Shown piece by piece: positions 24,226 through 37,561 of a DNA stretch of 64,000 nt. Source of the DNA: Macrostomum hystrix (taxonomy: Eukaryota; Animalia; Platyhelminthes); the NCBI GenBank assembly GCA_950097015.1, contig CATNEN010000001.1:10230001-10294000 (forward strand). The letters run 5' to 3'. The notes under the pieces are model-generated. The model made no database searches. It was not told the origin of the DNA and worked only from the letters and a program-made list of their open reading frames with translations. The translations under genes were made by a program, and so were the position numbers. The stretch's first letter is position 1. Each line of letters starts with the position of its first letter.

Positions 24226-26127
24226 TATAGTGGCATGGTAGTCCTACTGTTAATTAAAGCTTTGTGTGCCGTTCTCTCATCCAGTATAGGAATTCCGCAA
24301 CCAAGGCGTCACTAAATTTGATGCAGTCTTCCGACGATCTAAATTGCAAGAAATAAATCCTTTTAATTCGATTTAAATAAAAAATTTTCATGGGATTTAG
24401 AATAGAAATTAAACTTGACGCAGCTTGAAACACATGTACAGCCAGCTGAGTGGCAATTCAGTAGCTTGCGCGGCCCTTCCAGAGGCTGTGTACAGCAGCT
24501 TTTCAGTCCACGGACTGGGAGGACTGCACGAACCGAAATTTATACCCCAGCTGAAGCACTAGTCTGTTTTTTAGGTTGCTGAGCAGTGAGAAGTGGACTC
24601 AAAGTAGCTCCCTCTTAAAAGGAAATGCGCGCTTCAATTGGGGGTTAAATTTTTGTAGTATGGCGGCTGCCCAGTTCATGGACTGGATAGAGAATAAATG
24701 CAGACAGTCGTTGCTCGACTGTAAATGCTCGTTGAAAGTACGAGCTCAACGGTTGCGACAGTTTCACTGGCTGTACAAAATTTTCACAGCAATGGGTTTT
24801 TGTGGTTTTGTTTGTACGGGCTGGGATATTTGTTTCACACTTCACCTGTACGAACTAATTTTCAAAGCCTTGCGACGTCTTTGACAATGACAAGGTGATA
24901 ACAGGTGACAAGGTAACATTGCTCATAATATTAACAAAGAATAAAAATATTATCAAAAATGATAGCCGACAAGGTTACATGAGGAAATTTTGTGAGCAGA
25001 AAAAATTATGCTCCATTGGTGGCATTTTTGCCACCAGACACCCCCACGAGAATCATTGAATCTATCGACGATGACGATGTTTTGTGATACTGGAAGTTGC
25101 TTATCGGTTAAAGCGGAAAAATTTCAACCCGTGTTCTTGATTTTTATGGCAATTGGTTGAATAATATGGGAGATACAGAAAAAAATCGGGTCTTTCGTAT
25201 TGTAGCATTTATCCACTACTGTCAAATAGCATGCCGATACTACGAAGGACTGAATTCTCGTATAAACTTTTGGGTCATAATAACTAAACCATTTCTTCGC
25301 CTCCCTTCACAGTCCATGGACTGGGCATCCGTACGCAAGCAAGCTTTTGTGAAAAAAACGCAATAAATGATCAAGGCAACACTCACATAAAAAACGCCTT
25401 TGTATGTATTTGTAATGTATGCATAAATCTGAATTGTGTTGCAACTTTCTGCCACATTTATTTAGTTTTCAATTGACAACTCAAAGAAAGTTGAACGCCG
25501 GTGTGGTCAAAATCGATGGGTTAGGGGGTGATCAGTTTAGTGAGTGTTTAAAGCTAATCTAACAGCAGCATCCGAATAAACTCTAATATTAAATACACCA
25601 TAGCCTTCGAACAAATTTCAGTAATAAATAATACCGATTGAAGATAGAGTCAGCGCGTGTTAACAAATTTGTCATTCAACAATAATTACGCATCGTGCAG
25701 AATTTCGGTGTGAATTACTGCGGACTTTGTTTGAATTCTCGTCTGAAGCTTATTCAAATCCAAATCAGAGTTTTTATACCAGTTCTAATGTTACTATGGA
25801 TAAAAACTTTAGTAAAAACGTTTGCTGAAATTCAAAAAAGCTCAAAAATTGAAATTCTCGATCACTTCTTGCATGCTCAGCTACCGATTATGCAATTTTA
25901 GCATACTTGAAAATTGATTTAAAAAACCATGTGCAAAAATAAAAAGTGCAAACCACATATTCATTTGTCGCTACTTCAGTTTCTACATGATTTTCTGACA
26001 ATAAAGCTAAATGAAACAACTATTTATCATGTTTAAAAGAGGTAATAGTGAATCCGATTGCTTCCCTGGAAAGCGTGTTTTTTATCCCTTATGTTTTAAA
26101 CTATTTAGAGAACTTATCGTTAGATCG

Positions 26128-26876
26128 TGATGATGAAGTGTACATTCGGAGTGAGGGGTTGGTCTGATGAGGAGTGTACATTCGGAGTGAGGGGTTGGTC
26201 TGATGAGGAGTGTACATTCGGAGTGAGGGGTTGGTCTGATGAGGAGTGTACATTCGGAGTGAGGGGTTGGTCTGATGAGGAGTGTACATTCGGAGTGAGG
26301 GGTTGGTCTGATGAGGAGTGTACATTCGGAGTGAGGGGTTGGTCTGATGAGGAGTGTACATTCGGAGTGAGGGGTTGGTCTGATGATGAAGTGTACATTC
26401 GGAGTGAGGGGTTGGTCTGATGAGGAGTGTACATTCGGAGTGAGGGGTTGGTCTGATGAGGAGTGTACATTCGGAGTGAGGGGTTGGTCTGATGAGGAGT
26501 GTACATTCGGAGTGAGGGGTTGGTCTGATGATGAAGTGTACATTCGGAGTGAGGGGTTGGTCTGATGATGAAGTGTACATTCGGAGTGAGGGGTTGGTCT
26601 GATGAGGAGTGTACATTCGGAGTGAGGGGTTGGTCTGATGAGGAGTGTACATTCGGAGTGAGGGGTTGGTCTGATGAGGAGTGTACATTCGGAGTGAGGG
26701 GTTGGTCTGATGAGGAGTGTATACTCGGAGTGAGGGGTTGGTCTGATGAGGAGTGTACATTCGGAGTGAGGGGTTGGTCTGATGAGGAGTGTACATTCGG
26801 AGTGAGGGGTTGGTCTGATGAGGAGTGTACATTCGGAGTGAGGGGTTGGTCTGATGAGGAGTGTACATTCGGAGTT
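26128..26876. repeat. 36-bp minisatellite (tgatgaggagtgtacattcggagtgaggggttggtc), ~20 copies
   Basis: Near-perfect tandem copies, no spacers. Confidence 0.97.
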
Positions 26877-27494
26877 TACCACATCCCCGAATGTGTCACT
26901 AGGACTATACCGTCTGCTCACAATACCCAAAAACTACACACAAACAGAAAAGTAAAAAATGGACAAAGGTTAAACAAACTTAATGGAAAGGAAAAACACG
27001 CATAAAATTTGATCGATAAAGCCATTGATTATTTTTTAAAATGAAAATTGGTAAGGAAAATCCAAAACAAATGTCAACAACAAAAACACTTCTGTACTAT
27101 TAGACTTTGATATAAGCAAACCTATTGTAAGCGAACAGAGCATTTTTGCATAGAGAAAAGCATTCCAACCCGGCAATTGATTCAATTTAATGCACAGGTA
27201 ATTTACACGCATGAGGCAAACAAAAACAATTATAAGATCGGTAATGTATCCACTGACTAATTGGTTGCGCGACACAAATTCTGCTCTTAGATTATAAATT
27301 TGTAGTAAAACGCAATAAACGCTACTTGCAGTAACAAAAACGATAAAGAACTCAATAAAATATTTAGATACTGAATAATTCTAATTATCGTGCCTGACAT
27401 TGTAACTGCAGGAACCATCTCCACTAGACATGTCCTGACTGGCTGTATTATGGAGCTACCAGTGTATGGGACCGATTTCATGGGATAAGACAAG

Positions 27495-28092
27495 ACTTGA
27501 GAGATTTTAGACAAGAGAGAGATAAGACAGGAGAGATGAGATAAGGGAGATGAGACAGGGGAGAAATGAGGAGAAGTGAGAGATGAGATATTGGAGAGAC
27601 GAGACACGGGAGAGATGAGACAGGGGAGAGATGAGGCAGGGGAGAGATGAGACAGGGGAGAGATGAGGCAGGGGAGAGATGAGGCAGGGAGGAGATGAGG
27701 CAGGGGAGAGATGAGGCAGGGAGGAGATGAGGCAGGGGAGAGATGAGGCAGGGGAGAGTTGAGGCAGGGAGGAGATGAGGCAGGGAGGAGATGAGGTAGG
27801 GAGGAGATGAGGCAGGGGAGAGATAACGCAGGGGAGAGTTGAGGCAGGGAGGAGATGAGGCAGGGAGGAGATGAGACAGGGAGGAGATGAGGCAGGGAGG
27901 AGATGAGGCAGGGAGGAGATGAGGCAGGGGAGAGATGAGGCAGGGAGGAGATGAGGTAGGGAGGAGATGAGGCAGGGGAGAGATGAGGCAGGGAGGAGAT
28001 GAGGCAGGGAGGAGATGAGGCAGGGAGGAGATGAGGCAGGGGAGAGATGAGGCAGGGAGGAGATGAGGCAGGGAGGAGATGAGGCAGATGAG
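27495..28092. repeat. 16-bp purine-rich minisatellite (gaggcagggaggagat)
   Basis: Tandem copies; explains ORF 27478-28140. Confidence 0.95.
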
Positions 28093-29025
28093 AGTAGGTG
28101 CTAAATGGATACAGAAGCTTTGTGAGCTGTATCTAGGCACAGAATTAGAATGACACGCAAGTTATGAAATGTAGCCGGCACAATAATATATTACGGTTCA
28201 TTAGACAGACAGAGACGGAGCCAAGATGAATTAACATGCATGTTTTATGTACTAGCTAGCCATGCATAGCATTCAGTGTACTAGTGTGAGTTGATGTGTC
28301 TCATATAGGATCAATGAAAAATAGTTTCCCTTTTCGGTGCTATAAAGTAAAATGCAATTATTTACAGATTATAACCAGTTGTTAGTTTACAATGTCCCCA
28401 ATGCGGAGTTGTGGACACATTTTTGGTATGAAATGAGAACTTTCAAAGCACCCACACTGAAAAAATTGATTTTCTAAATAAAAAAAACAGCCAGACTTTT
28501 GTTTTTGAAATCGAAGAGGTGAAAGTGAAAACAAATTATTTACTAATAAAAAATCACATCGACACTGCTGTCAAGAACGGTCTTTCAGCAACAGAAAATA
28601 ATTAGTAAGTTGTTAGTAAGTAGTATAAAAGGGCGACCATAGTATAATATATAACCGTGGATTAAAATGTGAACATATTTTTCAACAACTAATCTATAGC
28701 TCGTAAAACAAAGCGGAAATCAACAGAACAATTTCTAATCAACCAACCCACAGTAGAAACAGGTTGAGAATAAGGCGGACAATGTACTTGGAAATGTATC
28801 CGAGAAACACCAATTGAAATTCTACGCAACTTCGCACTTGGCTAAGCTAGGATCGCGAGGCGCATTTTGTTAAAAGTACATTTGTCCGAACTTATTCCAA
28901 CGCACAGTGTCAAATAATATTGTGATTCAAATTTTCAAGAGGCGGCGAAACAAAGAAACCGGAACCATTTTTTTCTTGCTAATTAATTCAAAGAACAAAG
29001 AGTAAGTGTGGAAACAGGTGCGGCA

Positions 29026-32000
29026 TCAATGATCTCTGTCTCCGCCAACGTCCTCAGACTGCCCATCAGCCAGGCGCTCTCTGGCAATTTGATCACAGCA
29101 ATAGACTAACGCCGCATGCAGGTGCGTGTGCAGTCGGATCTGCCTGGGAGGCTTGCCGCCGGGTCGGCGAACCTGCAGGCAGAAGCAGCCGGTGTCATCC
29201 TCCGAGCTCCAGGCCAAGACATCCGCCCAGTCAAAGCGAATGACCTGGCAATCATTAGCAATGGGATTTCACCGCGGTTAGGAAAACTTATTACGTTTTG
29301 TACGCGTAAAATGGGGGCATAGTTTAGTGAAATCATATCGAGGCGAATGATTTTAGATGATTTGGGATGTGATACTTATGACATAAGGGATGTGGCATTT
29401 TAGGGGATTTGGGATGTGGTATTAGAGAGGATTTGGGGTGTGGGATTTGAGGGGGTTTGCGATGTGGTATTAGAAGGGATTTGGGATGTGGTATTAGAGG
29501 GGATTTGGGATGTGGGATTTGAGGGGATTTGGGATGTGGTATTAGAGGGGATTTGGGATGTGGTATTAGAGGAGATTTAGGATGTGGTATTATAAGGGAT
29601 TCGGTATGTGGGATTTGAGGGGATTTCGGATGTGGCATTATAAAGGATTGGGGATGTGATATTTAAGGGGATTTACAAACGTAAATGCGGATTCGGTACA
29701 TGCAAGTTAATGGGAATTAGTTAGGGCAGCAGGTTAGTCCGCGCATGCACACCTGTTCCATAGGTGCGCCAGCCTCATCTGCAGCCTGCAGTCGAAGCGC
29801 CGCCCAGCCCAGCCGCGGAATGACCCGGCCCTCCTTCCTGGCGTCGCAGGGGCAGTGGGGGAAGGCGATTTCACCGTAGCCGGGTTGTTGCCTAGCCAGG
29901 CGAAGGTATTCAGCCTCGCCGCCCGGATCCAACAGTCGATCCATCGCTCGCTTCATCTCGGGTGTCGCTTGCATGAGAAAGCCCTGGAGAATACAGTTCA
30001 GGGCGCATGGCTGATTTTCAGTTAAGGAGAATGGAAAATTATGTTTCAAGTTTAGGGATGTCAGTTCCATGGGAAATCTAAGTTTGGATCTGTCAGTTCC
30101 ATGGGAAATCAAAGTTTAGGGATGTCAGTTCCATGGGAAATGAAAGTTTGGATCTGTCAGTTCCATGGGAAATGAAATTTTAAGAATCTGCTATCCCAGA
30201 AGCAGTTTACCTGGCAAGCCTCCTCCACAGCTTGAGCACACAGTAGGTGCAAAGCGGCAGGACTGCTAGTTATGAGGGCCGCCTCAGCTGTGGGACTGAA
30301 TAGCCACCGTTTCAACAGCAAGCAGGTGGCGGCCGACACTGCGGAGCTGCAGTAGTTCTGCACATACAACGCGTGCGGCTGCTCCGAGTCGCCAACTCTG
30401 CGATCGAAGCCTTCTTCTTCGGTCTCGAAAAGGGCGAATGATTTTCTAAATAGCTGGTGCTGCCGGCCCTGCAACTGGCTAGATACTAGGCCGGCCTTGT
30501 CCAGTACGAGCGAGACAACGCTAATCGCTTTCTCTGTTCTTCGGCAACGAACAGCCACTAGCCGACGATCGGGCAGCAGTACCTTCATTTCAACATCGGC
30601 ATTTAGATCCGAGCTGGTGAGGAATTCCTGCATGGCGGAGCATTCAGCGATGACGCGAACGGCGCAAACTCGCTCTAGATATTTCTCCAGGCCACGACGG
30701 CGACTGTCCAACTGCTGCTCGCTTAGGGAGAATGGCCAACGGCCTGCGGGCGAGGGAGCGCGACATTCAGACGCTGCAGCTACTACTAGCTGCTGATGCT
30801 ACTACTAGCTGATGCTACTACTAGGTGCTGATGCTACTACTAGCTGCTGATGCTACTACTAGGTGCTGATGCTACTACTAGGTGCTGATGCTACTACTAG
30901 GTGCTGATGCTACTACTAGCTGCTGATGCTACTACTAGCTGCTGATGCTACTACTAGGTGCTGATGCTACTACTAGGTGCTGATGCTACTACTAGCTGAT
31001 GCTACTACTAGGTGCTGATGCTACTACTAGCTGCTGATGCTACTACTAGGTGCTGATGCTACTACTAGCTGCTGATGCTACTACTAGGTGCTGATGCTAC
31101 TACTAGCTGATGCTACTACTAGCTGCTGATGCTACTACTAGCTGCTGATGCTACTACTAGCTGCTGATGCTACTACTAGCTGCTGATGCTACTACTAGCT
31201 GCTGATGCTACTACTAGGTGCTGATGCTACTGCTAGGTGCTGATGCTACTACTAGCTGCTGATGCTACTACTAGCTGCTGATGCTACTACTAGCTGCTGA
31301 TGCTACTACTAGGTGCTGATGCTACTGCTAGGTGCTGATGCTACTACTAGCTGCTGATGCTACTACTAGCTGCTGATGCTACTACTAGGTGCTGATGCTA
31401 CTGCTAGGTGCTGATGCTACTACTAGCTGCTGATGCTGCTGACGATTCAAATTCACGGCTTCTAAATAAAAAGAACATGCAAGACACTCGTATCAGCAGT
31501 TTAAAACAATGTAAGCACCCACCTGGCAAGCTAGGAAATCCGAAGTCAGGAAACTCTCTACGCAGAGTCTGGTGCAGAGTGGAGAAGTCGGAGTATCGAT
31601 GCGAGCACAGATGCCTGCCAGCCATGTACACATTGAACACTACGTATTTCTCAGTGTCAGCCTCCACAGTGTGACAATCCGGTATTGAAACTGGCAGTGT
31701 GCGCTTGTCAGAATAATCAACGGCGCTGCCACCAGACGAGGTGTCGCTGGGCTCCAAGCAGGAGTCGCCGAAACCGCCGCCTCCGCCTCCAACGCCGGGG
31801 CCGCCGCCACTGCTGCCGCCGCCGCCGGGCACTGAGATTACAGTTAGAATTAGCTGATCCCGGCCGGATTTGATTAGATCCACAACCTGGCCGATATTAT
31901 AAGCGAAAACAAATTGGAAACTGGTAGACATGGATCGAAACTGAATTTCAAATCTAAATTGAATTCGATTTTTCACAATATTATAATGTAGTGATCCACT

Positions 32001-33345
32001 TCTTATAGGTGTCAGCCATCACGTGTTTCGTCTCACGTGACTGGCCTCTCTCTTTGTTTTCAAAGTGCAGTAAACGTTTGTTTACTAAACTTGGTGCCTC
32101 AATTATGAGTCAGAGCCTAAGTAGGAGTGACGTATTGCGCGCCACTGACGTCAGTTGCTATTTTTAGAAACCACGTGATTTCATAATCAAATTAAATATT
32201 TCTTGTACTTACCGAATATTACCTTTCACATCTGTTTTACCCTAAATATAATTTTATTTGACTAACGATGTAAATCGATGTTGAAATAAGGGAACTCGTA
32301 TTTGTGTCTGACTTAGACTGAAGTTCCAACTATTACGTGGCCGAACTGTTCAATATCATTCTGGCATTTACACATCGGGTAGGGAGTCGGTGGCAGAACG
32401 GTCAATGCGTTTTCCTCTCGCACCACGGTCCCTAAGTTCGATTCCGCGGCGAGGACACATTTATTTGGGGCGCAGCCGCGGAGAGAAGGCTTGGTGGCCA
32501 GTCGTGCAATTTGCGCCCTTGAGGGCCAACCTCCAAGGCACAGTGAGAGTGTACACTGCCTGACCATGAGAAAGTCAGGTACAGATGTACACACCTGTGT
32601 GAGCGTGTGCCTGCGTACAGTATCTGTGTGCGTATGTGATCAGGAATCAGCGAAACGGGCAGAATTGCCTCCTCGTTGGCTGCGGGTCTAGTGTCACCAA
32701 ATGATGTACTATTGCCCACAGCCCTCCAGCAATTATTAATATTATTATTAAAACATGGAATATCTAAGAGCTACCTGTCCAGTTTTGTTCGCGTTTTATC
32801 AAGTGTATTAGAATAGGATACTTTTATCATCAGCCATGTGCTAATTCCTCAACTAATTCTTGGTTTATGGTCTCGATTTTTTATACTTCAGTATTGTATT
32901 ACATGTAAACTAGATTGTTTTGTTTAACTTTTCCTAGATTATAATGGCTTTGCTTTGACAAGCAGTGCTTTGACACTTAGTCCATTGGTGATGTGTACAA
33001 CAGTTTAGTCAGTAGACTGGCGAGCTGTCCTTTCGAACTTTTGAATGCGTAACGGCCTGTACGGCCTCTTACCTGTTTGTGGGTTGAACCCTCAACATTG
33101 ACACCGTTGACCTCTATAATTCGATCGCCTTTTAATAGGCCGGCCTGATCTGCGGCTCCGCCTGGCAACACGGCGCTGACGTGCTGCAATGGGGCAAACA
33201 ATTCTCCATTGATTGACCTGAGCTGGCCGCCCTCAGTGACTTGGCCGCGTACGTTGAAGCCGAATCCAGTGTCAGTTTTGTTTATGGCCACAACTCTCGG
33301 TTGAAGCCCGCCGGCGCCAGGCCGGAAATCTCCTTCGTCATCCGA
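29026..33345 (-). CDS. SNX27: Sorting nexin-27 (PDZ-PX-FERM/RA), 5 coding exons, ~540 aa
   Basis: Exons 33345-33073, 31886-31523, 30743-30211, 29983-29753, 29244-29026 splice in frame. Motifs [34 protein letters not shown] (PDZ), [42 protein letters not shown] (PX), [18 protein letters not shown]. Initiator Met not found in the first exon. Confidence 0.93.
29350..29672. repeat. 27-bp intronic minisatellite (SNX27 last intron)
   Basis: gggatttgggatgtggtattaga.. tandem copies. Confidence 0.9.
30778..31441. repeat. 19-bp intronic minisatellite (gctactactagctgctgat) in SNX27
   Basis: ~35 tandem copies filling most of the intron. Confidence 0.95.
32381..32750 (+). mobile_element. tRNA-derived SINE family A, copy 1
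   Basis: A box tggcagaacgg, B box gttcgattcc, shared ~340-bp body, (att)n tail; five copies in window. Confidence 0.85.
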
Positions 33346-33582
33346 CTGGAAAACACGAGTGCGCGTGTACTTTTACCAAGAGAGAATTTCTAATAATGCT
33401 TCAAGTAGGTTAAATCGAAAACAAACAAACTGTCCTGCTTACTAGCCAAAAGCTAGCGGTAACGACATAATAAAAATTGTTAGAACAACAAATACAAATG
33501 GTGGCTGCCACTACTACCCTAATTTCTACCCCATCTGATGTTGCTACCAATTTTACCTCTATAATTAGTAAACAAAAGCACT

Positions 33583-33925
33583 AGGGGGTCGGTGGCAGAG
33601 TGGTTGCCTGTCGCACCCAAGGTCCCTGAGCTCGATTCCGCGGCGAGGCCACATTCATTTGCGGCGCAGCCGCGTAGAGAAGGCTTGGGGGCTTGTCGTG
33701 CAATTTACGCCATTGAGGGCCAACCTCAAATGCACAGTGAGTGTACACTGCCTGACGATGAGAAATTCAGGGCAGATGTACACACCTGTGTGTGTGCATG
33801 CGTACAGTATCTGTGTGCGTGTGTGCTCAGGAGCCAGCGAATTGGGCAGAATTGCCTCCTCGCTGGCTGCGGGTCTAGTGTCACCAAATGATGTGCCATT
33901 GCCCGCAGCCCTCCTGCATTTATAA
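33583..33925 (+). mobile_element. tRNA-derived SINE family A, copy 2
   Basis: Colinear with copy 1. Confidence 0.85.
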
Positions 33926-36900
33926 ATTTTTAGGTACCTAATTAAGGGTATTGTGTGGCTGCGATTTGAACTCTCGACCTCTCGAACAGAAGTCCAAAGC
34001 TATACACTAAATAACAAGCTCGTTTGTATTTTTTGATTTATAACACCACTTTCAGACTCTCGATGAACTTTAAAAAGGGAGTAGAGAGTTCTAAAATGAT
34101 TCGACTACTAAAAATTCAGATTAAGGGACATTCTCTCTCGCTTGTTATTCTTGATTTATAGTAAGAAGCTAGAAATCGAAGCGAGCAATAATTTCACAAA
34201 GAAAATAGCCACGCCCTCGTTTACATATACACAGATTTAGGCCACACTCAGACAATAATCAATGCAGAAACAGTCTGCAGAATGAAAACAAAACACACAA
34301 AACTCACACACAAATGAAGGCAAGCTTTTAAAACAACTGAATTTTTGCCGACTAGTCATTCGATTACATCAGATACAAGTCAGATTTTTTTATAATTGAC
34401 GTCCTGGAGATTTCTGTGTGCCGATTCTGGCAAGACACGCACGCAAGACAAATATCAGCTTACATATTACTTTCTAACTCTCTTCCTCAACATACCTGCC
34501 TATCGAATCGAATATCCCGCAAATCTAAAGCTGCCTACTAGAAAAAAATAGCAGCAGATGAGCAATTAGTCAACCAGCTTGACATCAGCAGGCGGAGGCC
34601 ATCTGATCATGACTATTGGCTGGATTTGAAGCTTGTTAGTAACTAGGAATACAAATTGTAGCAAGTCTAAGAAAGCATCAGGTGTCAGCGAATTAGATCA
34701 ATAGTGGGGAATATTTTTCGCCGAGATGCAACGAAGTTGTCTTCTTATATCAACAAAGACATTATTATGAGCAGACAAACATTATATATCCGATAGGGCA
34801 CCCACAGAAGCCAAAAAAGATCAGAGAAGAAAATGCATGTGTTATGACTATAAGACTCGGTTGATTGCCCATATCAAATAGGTATAGGGTAATGTATCAT
34901 CAACCAAACAAGAATGTGTATTTTTTAAACTTCAAACTTAAGCTACAGATTTTCTATTTAAGATATGATGATAAATCAAAAGCCAAGTTATAGAAAACAG
35001 TTACATCTTTCTAAAAAGTATCTGCTTTTGCTATTTTGTCAAATAGAACAAAAAGTTATTCCTGCTTTTTATCTAAAACCGAACAATGATTTTCATGTAT
35101 CTTCAAACCAAACAGAGAATTTGATGTTTGGTTTTATAATTTGATTGAGTGGTTTAATCTTATTTTAAGGAGTGAACTATCATGAATTATGTCATTTGAA
35201 AGCATTTTTCATGTTCTATAATTAACTATATTTATGGTCATTTAATTGGCAAGCAACCACATACAATCTTTGTCTAAAGTACATACTGAAGAAATGTTGT
35301 TAAAAAGTATGCTTTTGCAATAAAAATTTCTACTGAAGCATCTATATCTTTCTTTCCTCTTAATGCTTCATTGCACATCATGCCTCAGCTTGTAGATAAT
35401 TTCTTAAACTTTCAAATTAGTTGTTCTGTGAAACACAATAGCTTGTTTCTGTCTTGCACGAGACCAAGGAAGGAGTCAAAATTCTTGTTCGATTTTGAAG
35501 ATACACTGTTTGGTTGATGATACATTACCCTACATACCTTGACGAATCAAGCAACTGCAGTTCCTATTGTTTAAGCTAATCTAGTGGTCTGGGGTTCGAA
35601 GTTTCACACAGAAGAAACAGCTCATGTCCTTAATCAAGACGTTTAATTCTCTATTATTGCCGTTGCTTCATAAAAATTGGAAGAAATCTGTATTTGAATG
35701 TGTCACACAAATAGGTGTAGTTGTGTAATACAACAGACTTTGAGGAAACTTGATTTTTTCCATTTCTATAGTTCATTTCAGCTAACATCAATATATAGCA
35801 AACTGTGACTTGTTATGTAATAAACTGATTGATTTTTAGGCCTGAAAGGTTTCATTCCAGTGTTCAGGGATTTGAGATGAGAGGTTGTGTTAGTTTAACT
35901 GAGTAAGCAATTGATTTACTATTGTTTAGCCATCCTACCCGTAGTTAATATATTGCCAATGACTATCAAGCTATACATTAGGCTCAACTTAAAATATTAA
36001 CTGTATAATTATATTTGAGTTACTTTAGGGTTATGTAGTTTAAAAATGAATAAAACATGGTAATATGGTATTTTAGCTTGCACTAACAACAAGAACATCA
36101 ATATTTGCTAATGGGAAGCAATTCTATAAAGCTTAAAAATGTATACATACAAATAAAAATTCTGAATAAAAAAACATTTTAACAATACAAATAGCAAAGT
36201 AGTACAAAGCAAGCATAAAAAGCACTATAATATATAGGCGCCAGTGTGAGAATGATAGATTTGACTATTAATAAAAAAACATTTTCCAATAACCATAGCC
36301 AAAAGTATATCTTTTTGTAGCCTATATCAAGCCTAAACTTTTTTGTTTTTCCTGTATGTGTATATGACTAGATGACATCTGCAATGTCTTATTGCAGGCT
36401 ACCAAAAATGTAGTCTACATATAGCCTTTGGGGTTAGCCTGACTCTTAATTGACTGCCTTATTAGACCAACAAAATTTTTAGCAAAAATCTAGCTTCAGG
36501 TATTGGGTATACTAAATACTAAAAAACCATAATAGATTCTGCTAAATAAAAAAAACTAAGAAAATCTTTCTTAGAAGTCTATATATACTGTAAATCTAGA
36601 ATATAGTCACATGAACTATTCTATTCTAATAAACTAGATATTTCATAAATGAAATAATATAACAACTGATGTTCTGACTCATTATGACATTAAGAAAAAA
36701 TATTTCAAACTTTGAGTCAAAAGGATAATTTAAATTTATAGAGATATAAATTTATAAAAACACCAAGAAACTAAATAAAAAGTGTAACATTAATACCTAA
36801 TATAAATTGTTTGAATGCACTAAATAAAACTTGACAAATTGTTAAATAATTTAGATGAATTGCTACTTTTTTAATTGTTAAATTTTTTGTTGATAAAGTC

Positions 36901-37561
36901 TAGGTAATAAATAACAGAACACATTAATTCTAGATAAAAAAATAAAACTTACCTTAATAGAATACTACTAATAGGCTAATATTACTATGCTCTTTACTTG
37001 AATTGGGTATATAAAGTAAGAAAAATGTAGATGTCTTAGGCATACAATATGCAAAAAACTTTACTGATTTAAGTTATTTAAGCTAAGTATAGCCCTTGAC
37101 ACTATCTATAAAAGAACTATAACACACTATACAAAAAAGAGGAAAAAATGTTGAGAAGTTATATGTTAATTATATCTTTAAAACTAAATATATATTTGCC
37201 TTTTAATCAAAAGAAAAGAACAAAAATAAATTTATATTAGGGGCAAAATGGGAGCATTATAGTAAGTCCTAAAGAGAATTTCATAGGCCCTACTATAAAG
37301 GACTAGAGGCAATCCTTAAGATTCCCGCATTAAATTATTTCACATGCTTTTATGGAACTTTAGGGGGAGATAAGTATTGGGCACAATTACACAAACATGT
37401 TGCAGAGTTAAAGAACTGATTGCAAAAAACACAATGTCTGTCTGAGTTGTGCTACTGGCATGGGTAATAGTGTCCAATCTAGTACAGAATATTGCAAAAC
37501 TGATGATCAGGGAAGGCCCGGCGCCACATGAACTCTTGCAGGTATGTGCTAAAAAGGGCAT

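Noticed and set aside
26128-26876. 36-bp array as CRISPR or as tandem hammerhead ribozymes (CTGATGAG followed by a short stem)
   Set aside because: No unique spacers and no cas genes; the hammerhead GAAA core is absent (GGAG instead).
33749-33785. CTGACGA..GAAA in SINE A as a hammerhead ribozyme
   Set aside because: Only 3 nt separate the motifs, so there is no stem II; the region folds as a simple hairpin and is deleted in copy 3.
34000-37300. Possible gene in the AT-rich stretch upstream of SNX27
   Set aside because: No ORF over 60 aa, no recognisable exon chain and no termini identified.
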